Source: a virus
Direction: 5' to 3' (one strand)
Virus record (IMG/VR): IMGVR_UViG_3300012683_000006
Coordinates: 1-44,174 of that record
Length of the DNA stretch: 44,174 nt
This document shows positions 16,465 to 25,176 of this stretch, one piece after another. Both the position numbers and the translations under genes were made by a program. Under the pieces are notes generated by a model. That model was not told the DNA's origin. It ran no database searches and worked only from the letters and a program-made list of their open reading frames with translations. Position 1 is the stretch's first letter; each line of letters begins with the position of its first letter.

Positions 16465-17193
16465 ATGCGGGTTGACGGAGGTCGATCCGCCTCACTCGGA
16501 GGATTCATGCAAAGCCTAAACGAAATGCCCGACCCCACAGCGGAGGATCTCCGCGCCATTGAGATGGACGAACTCGATGCCGAGCTCGCTCGCGCCCTTG
16601 ACGCGAAGCGTAGCGCCATCCCGCTCAAGGCGAAGCGTCGGGACGCCCCCGCCGGAATCCAAAAACTGGACAGCCTATACAAGGACCCCTCGAATTGGAC
16701 GCCGTGGAGTAATATCACACTGGTCCATCGGGCCGCCTCGATTAGACAGGACAGCGGCTACGACTCTGTATTGCCTGGGGTGGACACCATCCTCGGCTTC
16801 TTCATCTCCTACCGCCACGCCACCGTCATCGGGGCCCGCAAGCTTGTCCGATCGCCCGCCGACCCACTGCTTGGCCACGAGGTCGAATACGTCACCGACC
16901 CGTGGTACCTCCACAACTCCGAGGAGCGCTACCGGGCGGAGCCCTCAACCGAGCTCCACTTCACCGTCGCCATGCGGATCGTGCTCGATGATGGGCTGGC
17001 GAGCGAAGGCGAGCACGTTGTCCATGTCGGGGCGACGAGGGGCGTTGGTATTCGTCGGGCCGTGCTCGACACCGCAGTGCGGCTGAGCGGCCTGCGGGTC
17101 ATCCTCTACCTCCCGGCGGGCCTAGACATCATCGACGGGCTGGCCAAGGAATGCAAGATGAAATTGAAGGAGGCGTTTGATGGGCAGTCTTAG
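16465..17193 (+). CDS. Hypothetical protein, 242 aa
   Basis: Long, high-GC3 frame. An alternative SD-led ATG lies at 16507. Confidence 0.6.
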   Translation: MRVDGGRSASLGGFMQSLNEMPDPTAEDLRAIEMDELDAELARALDAKRSAIPLKAKRRDAPAGIQKLDSLYKDPSNWTPWSNITLVHRAASIRQDSGYDSVLPGVDTILGFFISYRHATVIGARKLVRSPADPLLGHEVEYVTDPWYLHNSEERYRAEPSTELHFTVAMRIVLDDGLASEGEHVVHVGATRGVGIRRAVLDTAVRLSGLRVILYLPAGLDIIDGLAKECKMKLKEAFDGQS

Positions 17194-17482
17194 CGTAGGC
17201 ACGAAATGCAGGATCGTTCGCGGCGAAGGAAAAATTCTGTCCGGAGAAGAGGATTTAATTGGCCAAGTGGGCTGCATAACGAGGATAGAAGTGATAAGGG
17301 GCGAGGTGAGATTCCACTTGGACTTGCCGCCACACAACGGCTATCCTGTTGCGCCAATTCGCAATCACCTCATCCCCCTCTACGACGGCGACGAGCCCGC
17401 CTCTTGGGAGACCTGTGCGTGGCGCCCGAAGGAGATTGTCCTTGCCCCTTCCTTGAAGGAAGCCTTCAATGGACAGAACTGA
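17180..17482 (+). CDS. Hypothetical protein, 100 aa
   Basis: GAAGGAGG-N6-ATG lies inside the previous gene's C-terminus. Confidence 0.5.
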   Translation: MGSLSVGTKCRIVRGEGKILSGEEDLIGQVGCITRIEVIRGEVRFHLDLPPHNGYPVAPIRNHLIPLYDGDEPASWETCAWRPKEIVLAPSLKEAFNGQN

Positions 17483-17669
17483 GGCACTGAAGCAGCTAGA
17501 CGGATGTATAGAAGACGATGGCGGGCTCCACAACCTCGGACACTACATGGCTTGGGACCCAAAGTATCCTGATCGGATTACGCTCGACAGCGAGTTCGAC
17601 GCGGATCAGCTGGAGGCCATTGTCTGGTGGATGCGAAATACAAAGGAGTTCAATGCCCCATCCTCGTAA
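17469..17669 (+). CDS. Hypothetical protein, 66 aa
   Basis: GAAGGAAG-N6-ATG, the same junction design as at 17180. Confidence 0.5.
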   Translation: MDRTEALKQLDGCIEDDGGLHNLGHYMAWDPKYPDRITLDSEFDADQLEAIVWWMRNTKEFNAPSS

Positions 17670-17892
17670 CGTCGAACCGTCGGTCCACCTTGGATGTTGG
17701 ATACCCCAGGGCTTGCACGACCGCCTCAAGGTCCAGGCGTACTCCACGCTGCATGGCAAGATCCCCCCAAAGGGGCTCACGACCATCGTGAGCGCGGCGC
17801 TGGGGCTGTACTTCGATGTGCTGGACGGTAAGAAGCTCATCCACCCAAACCCTTACACTGACATGGAGGGCAAGCCCCTTGTACAGTCCTGA
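17653..17892 (+). CDS. Ribbon-helix-helix (Arc/CopG-like) DNA-binding protein, 79 aa
   Basis: AAAGGAG-N4-ATG. VHLGCWIPQGLHDRLKVQAY fits the RHH strand-helix pattern. Confidence 0.5.
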   Translation: MPHPRNVEPSVHLGCWIPQGLHDRLKVQAYSTLHGKIPPKGLTTIVSAALGLYFDVLDGKKLIHPNPYTDMEGKPLVQS

Positions 17893-18115
17893 AACCAAGG
17901 CCGAGATTGATTCCATTCGGGCGGCCCTACCGCTCGTCCCAAACGACGAGGCGCATCAGCCCGAGCGTCTCGCCCTCATGCGTCGGGCGGTCGCCCTGAT
18001 GCGGGAGGGCCGCATCGCCGCCGCTCAGACCTCCGCGAACTCCAAGGCCCGCAAGGCCAAGGCTGTGGTGGTGGACGGGGATGCGCTGCTGGCGGATTTG
18101 GAGGGCGGGCTGTGA
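17879..18115 (+). CDS. Hypothetical protein, 78 aa (TTG start)
   Basis: GGAGGG-N8-TTG. Helical. Confidence 0.4.
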   Translation: MYSPETKAEIDSIRAALPLVPNDEAHQPERLALMRRAVALMREGRIAAAQTSANSKARKAKAVVVDGDALLADLEGGL

Positions 18116-18333
18116 GCTCATTTGCGGTCCTCATTCTAGATACTGGAATCTTCGTGAAGGAGTGGACGTTCTTCAAGGTCCAGGGAGGGCTAAAGAAGGC
18201 GTGGGGCCGAGCTTGGGTTCGTATTCGGGCGAGATCCATCCGAGATGCCCGTAGGCGGGGCTTTATTCGTAGAGATGGGCGAAAAGCTGGCAATGAGAAC
18301 GCCGCGCGACATCAGCGCTTCTTCAATGAGTGA
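18112..18333 (+). CDS. Hypothetical basic protein, 73 aa
   Basis: GTGA coupling. Coding potential is only moderate. Confidence 0.3.
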   Translation: MSSFAVLILDTGIFVKEWTFFKVQGGLKKAWGRAWVRIRARSIRDARRRGFIRRDGRKAGNENAARHQRFFNE

Positions 18334-18387
18334 CCCTGTCCCCTTGATCGTCCTCGCGATTTGGTTCTTGCTGTGGGTGACGCTGTC

Positions 18388-18594
18388 ATGAGAGCCAGAT
18401 TCCTTATGGAGGCGCCTGACGAGATCGAGGCCACCATGAAAATCACAATGAAGCTGAAAGAATGGACAGAACTGCGCGACCAGCTACAAGAGGTCTGGCC
18501 CTCCTCGAGACTTTCCTCGGCAATCACCTCAGTCATCGCGGACGCCCGCAAGATATTCTATCCTCTCGAAGACAAGGACACCTTCCACCCATGA
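18388..18594 (+). CDS. Hypothetical protein, 68 aa
   Basis: Internal ATG of ORF 18361-18594. Its stop is coupled to the nuclease gene. Confidence 0.45.
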   Translation: MRARFLMEAPDEIEATMKITMKLKEWTELRDQLQEVWPSSRLSSAITSVIADARKIFYPLEDKDTFHP

Positions 18595-19508
18595 CCGACT
18601 TCCCCAAGGTTGTGGATTCAACTTTATTGGCAGCGGCTCGCGCCTGCGGCCAGAAGGCCAACCTCTCGTCCTTCGAGCATTTCAAGCCGACAGGCATCTC
18701 GGTCCATCTCCATGCCGGTCGGGCCTACGCCTCCGGCCTCGAACGTGCCCGCCGTTCCTTCTACGAGGGCGGGTTCAGCGCCCCCGACAGCATAGCCCAC
18801 GGCTCCGCCGCGTTGATGGAGGAATATGGTGACTACGTCGCGCCCGAAGGCTCTGCCAAGACCCTCGACCGGATGCTCGGCGCCCTAGAGTTCCATTTCG
18901 ACCGCTACCCTCTCGGGGTGGATGGGACGGAGCCCATTGTCATGGCGAACGGGAGGCGGGCGATCGAGTTCAGTGGCGCGGAAGCCCTTCCGATCATGCA
19001 CCCGACCTCGGGAGAGCCCTTGATCTACTCCTGGCGGGCGGACGCGATCATGGCGTTCGCAAACGGAGTGTGGGTCCATGATGACAAGACATCGACGAGC
19101 CTTGGCTCGTACTGGAGTACCCAGTGGGACCTTCGCTCTCAGTTCACGGCGTACTGCTGGGGTGCGGCCCGCCAAGGTATCAAGGTCACCGGAGTCTTGG
19201 TTCGCGGGGTGTCGATTTTGAAGACAAAGTACGACACCCTCCAGCACACAACCTATCGACCCCAGTGGATGATTGACCGCTGGCTCACCCAGACCGTCCG
19301 CGACCTCGAGAGGCTCATAGCCCAGTGGAGGAGCGGAGTGTGGGACTTCAATCTCGACGATGCATGCACGGCCTACGGAGGATGCCAGTTCCGGACGGTG
19401 TGTATGGCGAAGCCAGAAGACCAACCCCAATGGCTCGCGATGGGATTTGAGCGCAGGCGGTGGGACCCGCTAGCGCGGACCGAAACACCACTCACACAGG
19501 AGAATTAA
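18591..19508 (+). CDS. PD-(D/E)XK nuclease, Cas4/RecB-like, 305 aa
   Basis: WVHDDKTS fits the (D/E)xK motif after an upstream Asp. C-terminal Cys cluster CTAYGGCQFRTVC plus an N-terminal Cys. Confidence 0.65.
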   Translation: MTDFPKVVDSTLLAAARACGQKANLSSFEHFKPTGISVHLHAGRAYASGLERARRSFYEGGFSAPDSIAHGSAALMEEYGDYVAPEGSAKTLDRMLGALEFHFDRYPLGVDGTEPIVMANGRRAIEFSGAEALPIMHPTSGEPLIYSWRADAIMAFANGVWVHDDKTSTSLGSYWSTQWDLRSQFTAYCWGAARQGIKVTGVLVRGVSILKTKYDTLQHTTYRPQWMIDRWLTQTVRDLERLIAQWRSGVWDFNLDDACTAYGGCQFRTVCMAKPEDQPQWLAMGFERRRWDPLARTETPLTQEN

Positions 19509-19509
19509 G

Positions 19510-19809
19510 ATGGCACAGCAGTTTAGTGGATCAACCGTAGGAGCCGCGGGCGCGCAATCTCAAGAAACAAGGATGCAAGCCCTCTCGCGGACGATTGACG
19601 AAAGGACTGCGCACCTCTTCACTTGCATAACGAGGATCGACTCGTTCCTGAACCGGACGGAACCCACGCCCGAGGCCGCTTCGAATCAAGGCAAAGACGC
19701 GCAGCCCATCGATCAGTCCTTCAATGGTGCGCACCGACGCCTCGCAACGCTCGGCGAGATGCTGGACAAGCTCTCGGACCAATGCGACCGTCTGGAGCGC
19801 ATTGCGTGA
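19510..19809 (+). CDS. Hypothetical protein, 99 aa
   Basis: GGAGAA RBS. Helical. Confidence 0.5.
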   Translation: MAQQFSGSTVGAAGAQSQETRMQALSRTIDERTAHLFTCITRIDSFLNRTEPTPEAASNQGKDAQPIDQSFNGAHRRLATLGEMLDKLSDQCDRLERIA

Positions 19810-20150
19810 AAGTCCCCATTACCTCTACTCTACATGATATCGAGGGTATCCCCTTGCGGGATGCCGCCATCCGAGACACCGACGGCAAGGTTCTCCGCCC
19901 GGAGCGTGACTTCACCCTCCGCAAAGCCTGCACCGAGGCCCTCCAAGCGCTCAACCTCAACGGGGACAGTCCCGACGGCGAGGAGCGCTTCAAACGCTAC
20001 CAGCTCGCCCTCAAGGTCATGTCGAGCGAAGAGCCCGACCTCACGGCGGATGAGATTGTCAAGCTGAAGAGGCTGATCGGGCTGGCGTTCGGCGCCATTG
20101 TGGTCGGGCGGGCTTACGAGATCCTCGACCCGACACCGAGCAAACCATGA
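19806..20150 (+). CDS. Hypothetical protein, 114 aa (GTG start)
   Basis: GTGA coupling. The longer ORF-track start lies inside the previous gene. Confidence 0.5.
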   Translation: MKVPITSTLHDIEGIPLRDAAIRDTDGKVLRPERDFTLRKACTEALQALNLNGDSPDGEERFKRYQLALKVMSSEEPDLTADEIVKLKRLIGLAFGAIVVGRAYEILDPTPSKP

Positions 20151-20377
20151 AAGACGGAGGGCCAGCATTTCCAGGGGTTGCGTTTGTCTCAGGACCCTAT
20201 GGTGATCGGACTGTGATGATAGGCGGCATGTCCCTGCGCGATTACTTCGCAGCCGCAGCGTTACAGGGAGTCATCGCTTGTTTCCGAGATCATGCGCACG
20301 CCGAGACAGTTTCAACTCGTGTGGGGAAGGCATATGAATACGCCGACGCCATGCTCACCGAGCGAGACAAGCCTTGA
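20147..20377 (+). CDS. Conserved small phage protein, 76 aa
   Basis: GGPAFP...GMSLRDYFAAAAL, a motif seen in many phages (from memory). Confidence 0.55.
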   Translation: MKDGGPAFPGVAFVSGPYGDRTVMIGGMSLRDYFAAAALQGVIACFRDHAHAETVSTRVGKAYEYADAMLTERDKP

Positions 20378-20727
20378 ACTTCGACCTCTCGAACTCTTCC
20401 TTCGATCTCGAATGGTGGATCGAGGGGACGCGCTATGCGCGGGTCAAGACGGCGGAATCCGGTGATGGCTTCGCCTATTTCTGTGAAGCCTGCGAGGCTG
20501 TATGGGCGGCGAAGTACTTCCCGAACCGAGCAGTGATCAAGTTCTATGGGGCCTGTGCCCGCCATCCCCCCGCGAGGGGAGAGGTCCCAGGATCGCTGAT
20601 CCTGTGGTGGCACGACGAACTCGAGCGGATGCCAGCCGCTCTAGTAGAGCGGGAATACGCTCTGCATCTGGCTCATTATGAAAGGGAAATCCATGAGCGC
20701 GACACGCTCGAAAGACAAGCAGCCTGA
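20374..20727 (+). CDS. Hypothetical protein, 117 aa (TTG start)
   Basis: TTGA coupling. CEAC...C..H. Confidence 0.45.
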   Translation: MNFDLSNSSFDLEWWIEGTRYARVKTAESGDGFAYFCEACEAVWAAKYFPNRAVIKFYGACARHPPARGEVPGSLILWWHDELERMPAALVEREYALHLAHYEREIHERDTLERQAA

Positions 20728-20839
20728 ACCGACCGTTACCGAACAGATCGAGGAGCTCAAGTACGAAATCGAGGCGATCATGCAGACCATGCAACAATGC
20801 CTCGCGGGGATCAAGGCGAGACTGGACAAGCTGACATGA
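20693..20839 (+). CDS. Small coiled-coil protein, 48 aa (not in the ORF track)
   Basis: ATG at 20693. MSATRSKDKQPEPTVTEQIEELKYEIEAIMQTMQQCLAGIKARLDKLT. The stop is coupled (ATGA) to the next gene. Confidence 0.4.
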   Translation: MSATRSKDKQPEPTVTEQIEELKYEIEAIMQTMQQCLAGIKARLDKLT

Positions 20840-21141
20840 AAATAAAGGTCTTCATCCACGCCCAGTACAACGAGTACGAGAAAACCTTCTCGTATTCGGC
20901 GCACTACTGTGACATGGAGGAGTACGGCTATACCCTCCTCGAAACCAGAGAGCTCGAAGTGAAAGAGCCAAGCTACGAGGCCCTCGTCAACAGAACTGTC
21001 AAGGCCCTCCGAAAGAAACAGGAGAAGGTCCTTGCGGTAGCACAAAGCGAGTACCAACGAGTACAAAACACAGTGGATGCGCTTCTGTGCCTCGAACACA
21101 AGGTGGCGCCCCCACCTGCTGAAGAGGAGATTCCCTTTTGA
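20836..21141 (+). CDS. Hypothetical protein, 101 aa
   Basis: Internal ATG at 20836 (MKIKVFIHAQ). Confidence 0.5.
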   Translation: MKIKVFIHAQYNEYEKTFSYSAHYCDMEEYGYTLLETRELEVKEPSYEALVNRTVKALRKKQEKVLAVAQSEYQRVQNTVDALLCLEHKVAPPPAEEEIPF

Positions 21142-21968
21142 GCGCCGTCCTAGCGCCCGCGAAGAGCCCGCTAGTCGGCCCGAAGATCTTGCTCATGGGC
21201 GAGGGCGGCAATGGCAAGACCCACGCCATCCGAACGCTGTGCGACGCAGGCATCAAGCCCTATGTTATCGCCCTCGAACCGGGCTACGAAGTCCTCGGAG
21301 ATGTTCCGCCCGCGAAGCTTGGCTGGCGCTATATCCCCCGGCCCGCGGGAGACTGGGCCAAACTCACGGAGGACGCCCAGCGGATCAACACCCTAACCTA
21401 CGCCTCGCTAAGCCAGCTCCCCGATCCGAACCGGGGGAAGTACACCCGCTTCGTCGATATCCTGTCCGCGCTGTCGAAGTTCAAGGATGATCGGACGGGC
21501 GAGGAACTCGGCGCGGTGGACACATGGGGGACGGGCCGCGCCATCGTCATAGACCACCTCTCCGAGCTCGTCCGGGCAGGCATCGAGCTCACCGTGGGCG
21601 GGAAGCCCGTCATGAGCCAGCCCGAATACATGGTCACACAGAACAATATCGAGAACTTGCTCAGGCAGCTCGTTACCGTGACCCGGTGCTGGGTCATCGT
21701 CATAGCCCACCTCGACAGGATACTGGATGAGGTCGGCGGCGGCACCAAGATCATGCTCCAGAGCTTGGGCAAGGCCCTGTCCCCCAAGCTCCCCCAGATC
21801 TTCTCCGATGTCATCCTTGCGAACAGAGAGGGAAAGAAGTTCACCTGGAGCACCGCCGCGAGTGGGGTTGTGCTCAAGACCCGCAACCTCCCGATCGAGG
21901 ACGGTATGCCTCCGTCCTTCGGCCCGATCGTCGAACGCTGGAAGTCGAGAGGCGGCATAATCGAGTAA
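21138..21968 (+). CDS. Sak4-like (AAA_24) RecA-fold ATPase, 276 aa
   Basis: Walker A ILLMGEGGNGKT and Walker B-like AIVIDHLSE. Adjacent to an SSB-like gene. Confidence 0.65.
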   Translation: MSAVLAPAKSPLVGPKILLMGEGGNGKTHAIRTLCDAGIKPYVIALEPGYEVLGDVPPAKLGWRYIPRPAGDWAKLTEDAQRINTLTYASLSQLPDPNRGKYTRFVDILSALSKFKDDRTGEELGAVDTWGTGRAIVIDHLSELVRAGIELTVGGKPVMSQPEYMVTQNNIENLLRQLVTVTRCWVIVIAHLDRILDEVGGGTKIMLQSLGKALSPKLPQIFSDVILANREGKKFTWSTAASGVVLKTRNLPIEDGMPPSFGPIVERWKSRGGIIE

Positions 21969-22024
21969 CACGGCGACCGAGTCCGCAACCCGGCAAACCT
22001 AACCTTAACCACAGGAGTAACCGT

Positions 22025-22522
22025 ATGTCAGCATTCGACCCGCAGGAGTTTCTCAACAGCCCTCAGCAAGCCTCGTTCGACACCCGTTTCCCCTTGCACA
22101 AAGCGGGCGACTGGGATGGCTATATCGGCAGCGGGGACAAGGATATCGTCATCCGGTCCTTCGACTCGACCGACAAGGACAGCGGCCAGCCCGTCACCTA
22201 CACCGTGATGGAGGTCGCGCTGTACACCGACAATCCTTCCGCCGTAGGCGAGGGCGGCACGGCGCCCGCCCGCTGTCGTTGGACAGGCTTCCTCGACATG
22301 GCGCCCGACGGGAAGAGTCTCGACCTCGCGCCCGGGAAGAACCGCCAGCTTGGCTACTTGCTCACCGCAACGGGCCACCAGGACAAGACCGGCAAGCAGA
22401 TCAAGCCTTGGAGCAAGACCTCCCTCGCGGGCGTCCGCGTGAAGTACCGAGTCGGCCACAGCCCAAACAAGAAGACGGGCGAACTCCAGGCCGATGTGAC
22501 GCAGGTCGCTGCTCCGGTATAG
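22025..22522 (+). CDS. Putative ssDNA-binding protein (DUF2815/gp2.5-like), 165 aa
   Basis: GGAG RBS. Called from its position after the Sak4-like ATPase, its size and its beta-rich OB-like pattern. Confidence 0.4.
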   Translation: MSAFDPQEFLNSPQQASFDTRFPLHKAGDWDGYIGSGDKDIVIRSFDSTDKDSGQPVTYTVMEVALYTDNPSAVGEGGTAPARCRWTGFLDMAPDGKSLDLAPGKNRQLGYLLTATGHQDKTGKQIKPWSKTSLAGVRVKYRVGHSPNKKTGELQADVTQVAAPV

Positions 22523-22526
22523 TCAA

Positions 22527-22958
22527 ATGGCATCCAAGACATATTGGTCCTGGAAGGGAATGATTAACCGGTGCTATGATCCTCTTTACCACGCCTACCA
22601 CAGATATGGTGGAAGAGGATTAACAGTAGTCCAGCGCTGGTGGAAGTTCGAGAACTTCTTGGCTGATATGGGAGAAAAACCGGCTGGACTTACGCTAGAG
22701 CGCAAAGACAACGATAAGGGATATTTCCCAGAGAACTGTGTGTGGGCCACTTGGGCCGCACAACAGAAGAACAAGGGTACCCTAACTCGCGTAAATACCT
22801 CAGGTATCAATGGGGTGTTCTATCGTAGAAGCAGCAAGTCTTGGATTGCCCGCGAAGGTGGGTCACGACGCCTTCAGTTGTATCGGGGACCAGACTTCTT
22901 CGAAGCTTGTTGTGCGAGAAAGTCTTGGGAGGCTCAACAATTGAGACATCCCGTCTGA
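22527..22958 (+). CDS. Homing-endonuclease-like protein with AP2-type DNA-binding domain, 143 aa
   Basis: YWSWKGMINRC...YGGRGLTV...FLADMGEKPAGLTLERKDNDKGYFPENCVWAT, then GINGVFYRRSSKSWIAR. AT-richer than the flanks. Confidence 0.7.
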   Translation: MASKTYWSWKGMINRCYDPLYHAYHRYGGRGLTVVQRWWKFENFLADMGEKPAGLTLERKDNDKGYFPENCVWATWAAQQKNKGTLTRVNTSGINGVFYRRSSKSWIAREGGSRRLQLYRGPDFFEACCARKSWEAQQLRHPV

Positions 22959-23059
22959 GTACGGAGGGTCTTTCCTCTTCCCATCCGCAGACGGTTTCCG
23001 CTCCCACAGCTCGTTATCCTCCCCTTCGGGCCGTGGGGGGCCTTTTTAGATCGGACACA

Positions 23060-24454
23060 ATGCAAATCATCGAGATAGCGAAGATCATCATCCTGTCGAA
23101 CCGGCAGCGCAGAGAGTTTGATCCAGAAAGGCTCCAGGGGCTCCAGTCCAGCATCGGGAAGGTCGGCTTGCAAAATCCAGTCGTTGTCAGAAGGCCCAAC
23201 GGAACGGAAGCAGTTTTAGCCTTGAGCCCTAACGGGGAAGAAGGCACGAAGGCGCTTCTGGCGAAAGATGACTGGTGGGTGCTCGTGAGCGGGGAGCGAA
23301 GGCTCCGGGCCGTGAAAGATATGAATGAGTTTGGCGAGACCGTCCGCTATGAGGGGCGCCCGATTGCGCCCGGCACCATCCCCGCGACCCTCGACACGGA
23401 GCTCCAGCCCCTCCCTGCCCGCAGAGCCGAGCTAGAGGAGAATCTCCGTCGAGACAACCTCTCCTGGCAAGAGGAGACCGCGGCAATCGCAGAGATAACC
23501 CAAGTTGAGAACGATCTCGCCAAGGCGGAGGGACGGCCCGCGCCCTCGACCTCCGACCTCGCAGATGACTACCTCACGCCCAAGCGTGGGGGCATGAAGG
23601 ACTCCTCCGGAGATGCTCAGTATGCCATCCGACTCCTTGTGGCGCCGCACCTCAGTGACCCTGATGTTGCGAAGGCAAAGCATGTGGACGAGGCCATTGG
23701 CATTCTCAGACGGAAGGCGGATGCTGCGCGCTATGCTGAAATGGCGCGGGTTGTGGGCGCATCGTTTTCGGCAAAGGACCATACCCTCCTTCAGGGTGAC
23801 TGCATCGCCCTCATGGCAGGGATGGCGCCCGCGAGCTTCGATGTCATTCTCACAGATCCGCCCTATGGGATCGACGCACAGGATTTTGGTGATGCGGGCG
23901 GGCGGCTTGTCTCGCAGACGCATGGCTACGATGATGTGGGCGGGGAGGCGTGGGAGACCCTGATGCTGGAGTTCGCCCGCCAGTCTTGGCGCGTCGCCAA
24001 AGAGCAAGCCCACGCCTATGTCTGCTGTGATATTGACAAGTTTCACTTCCTGAGCAACCTCATGGAGTCCTTCGGGTGGTATGTCCACAGGACCCCCCTC
24101 ATCAACTACAAGCTCGATGGCTCCCGCGTTCCCCTTCCGGAGAACGGGCCGCAGCGGAAATGGGAAATGGTGCTGTATGCGATCAAGGGTTGGAAGAAAG
24201 TCACCCGCATCTACTCGGACGTTATTGAGACGAGGGGAGATGAAAATCTCGCTCACGGCGCCCAGAAGCCTGTTGCGCTCTTTGAGAATCTGCTCAAGCG
24301 TTCTGTCCGGCCAGGGGATGCAGTACTTGATCCGTTCGCGGGCACTGGAACCATCTTCCCCGCAGCTCATGCTCTCTTGGTACGAGCCACCGCTATCGAG
24401 CTCGACCCAGTCTATGCCGGTATCGCGGCGGAGAGGCTCAAGGGGCTGAAGTGA
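23060..24454 (+). CDS. ParB-like nuclease domain fused to a beta-class DNA methyltransferase, 464 aa
   Basis: N-terminus IILSNRQRREFDPERLQGLQSSIGKVGLQNPVVV. Motif IV ILTDPPYG precedes motif I VLDPFAGTGT. Confidence 0.8.
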   Translation: MQIIEIAKIIILSNRQRREFDPERLQGLQSSIGKVGLQNPVVVRRPNGTEAVLALSPNGEEGTKALLAKDDWWVLVSGERRLRAVKDMNEFGETVRYEGRPIAPGTIPATLDTELQPLPARRAELEENLRRDNLSWQEETAAIAEITQVENDLAKAEGRPAPSTSDLADDYLTPKRGGMKDSSGDAQYAIRLLVAPHLSDPDVAKAKHVDEAIGILRRKADAARYAEMARVVGASFSAKDHTLLQGDCIALMAGMAPASFDVILTDPPYGIDAQDFGDAGGRLVSQTHGYDDVGGEAWETLMLEFARQSWRVAKEQAHAYVCCDIDKFHFLSNLMESFGWYVHRTPLINYKLDGSRVPLPENGPQRKWEMVLYAIKGWKKVTRIYSDVIETRGDENLAHGAQKPVALFENLLKRSVRPGDAVLDPFAGTGTIFPAAHALLVRATAIELDPVYAGIAAERLKGLK

Positions 24455-24594
24455 CTGCGGACTTCATTGAGTTACTGGAGGATATCGAGGAATACCTTGA
24501 GGACTGTCAAGATATAACCGACAGTGGCGGGCCAAACAGAGCGATGTCCTTACTGTATAGGCTCCAAGAACTGAAAAAGAAGGAGATCACATGA
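24451..24594 (+). CDS. Small acidic protein, 47 aa (GTG start; not in the ORF track)
   Basis: GTGA coupling at the start and ATGA coupling at the end. Confidence 0.4.
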   Translation: MTADFIELLEDIEEYLEDCQDITDSGGPNRAMSLLYRLQELKKKEIT

Positions 24595-24770
24595 CCCCCC
24601 CCATCACAGTCTCCATCGAGACGATCTGGAGCGACGGGCTGTGGTCCTGGCGTCCCGACATCCTCTATCTCCGTCTTCGCTACCGCCACTGGCATACCTT
24701 CGCGGTGTCGTGGGGGAGATGGGGGGCGAGGATTGTTGTTCAACTTCCATGGCTCAAGGAGCTTAAATGA
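24591..24770 (+). CDS. Small Trp/Arg-rich protein, 59 aa (not in the ORF track)
   Basis: AAGGAG-N6-ATG. ATGA coupling at the end. Confidence 0.4.
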   Translation: MTPPITVSIETIWSDGLWSWRPDILYLRLRYRHWHTFAVSWGRWGARIVVQLPWLKELK

Positions 24771-24946
24771 GCGAGGATCTCCAAGAAAAGAAACACCGCC
24801 TAAGCCTAATCTCCCCCGCACAAAGGCACAGGGTAATGCAGCTGTGGTATGCTGGGGAGAAAACAGCCTATATTGCTGACAAAGTAGGGATAGATGTAAC
24901 ATCTGTCTCCAGAATCGTCCGAGAATATGAGGAGCTTCATTCATGA
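24767..24946 (+). CDS. Small HTH protein, 59 aa (not in the ORF track)
   Basis: AYIADKVGIDVTSVSRIVREY. AT-richer than the flanks. Confidence 0.45.
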   Translation: MSEDLQEKKHRLSLISPAQRHRVMQLWYAGEKTAYIADKVGIDVTSVSRIVREYEELHS

Positions 24947-25176
24947 GCGCCACCACCAACCCCGAAGGCGAGCGCTGTGAGAATTGTAAGTTCTTCTTCC
25001 AGACCGAGCCCGACCGCGAGCTCAATCGGCAGACCGTGTGCCGTCGCTATCCCCCTACCGGCATCGCTGTGAACAACCCTCGCGGAGGGATGGCAACAAT
25101 GGCGTTCTTCCCCGCGATCACGATAACCTTTTGGTGTGGGGAGTGGGCTCCAGGCAAGGTCATTGTGAAGCAATGA
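24943..25176 (+). CDS. Small Cys-containing protein, 77 aa
   Basis: CENCKFF...CRRYPP. ATGA coupling on both sides. Confidence 0.5.
   Translation: MSATTNPEGERCENCKFFFQTEPDRELNRQTVCRRYPPTGIAVNNPRGGMATMAFFPAITITFWCGEWAPGKVIVKQ

Noticed and set aside
23019-23047. Possible terminator (CTCCCC-N10-GGGGGG then CCTTTTT) after the AP2-type endonuclease gene.
   Set aside because: The stem is only 6 bp with a G-T wobble and a 10-nt loop. That is too weak to call without folding energies.
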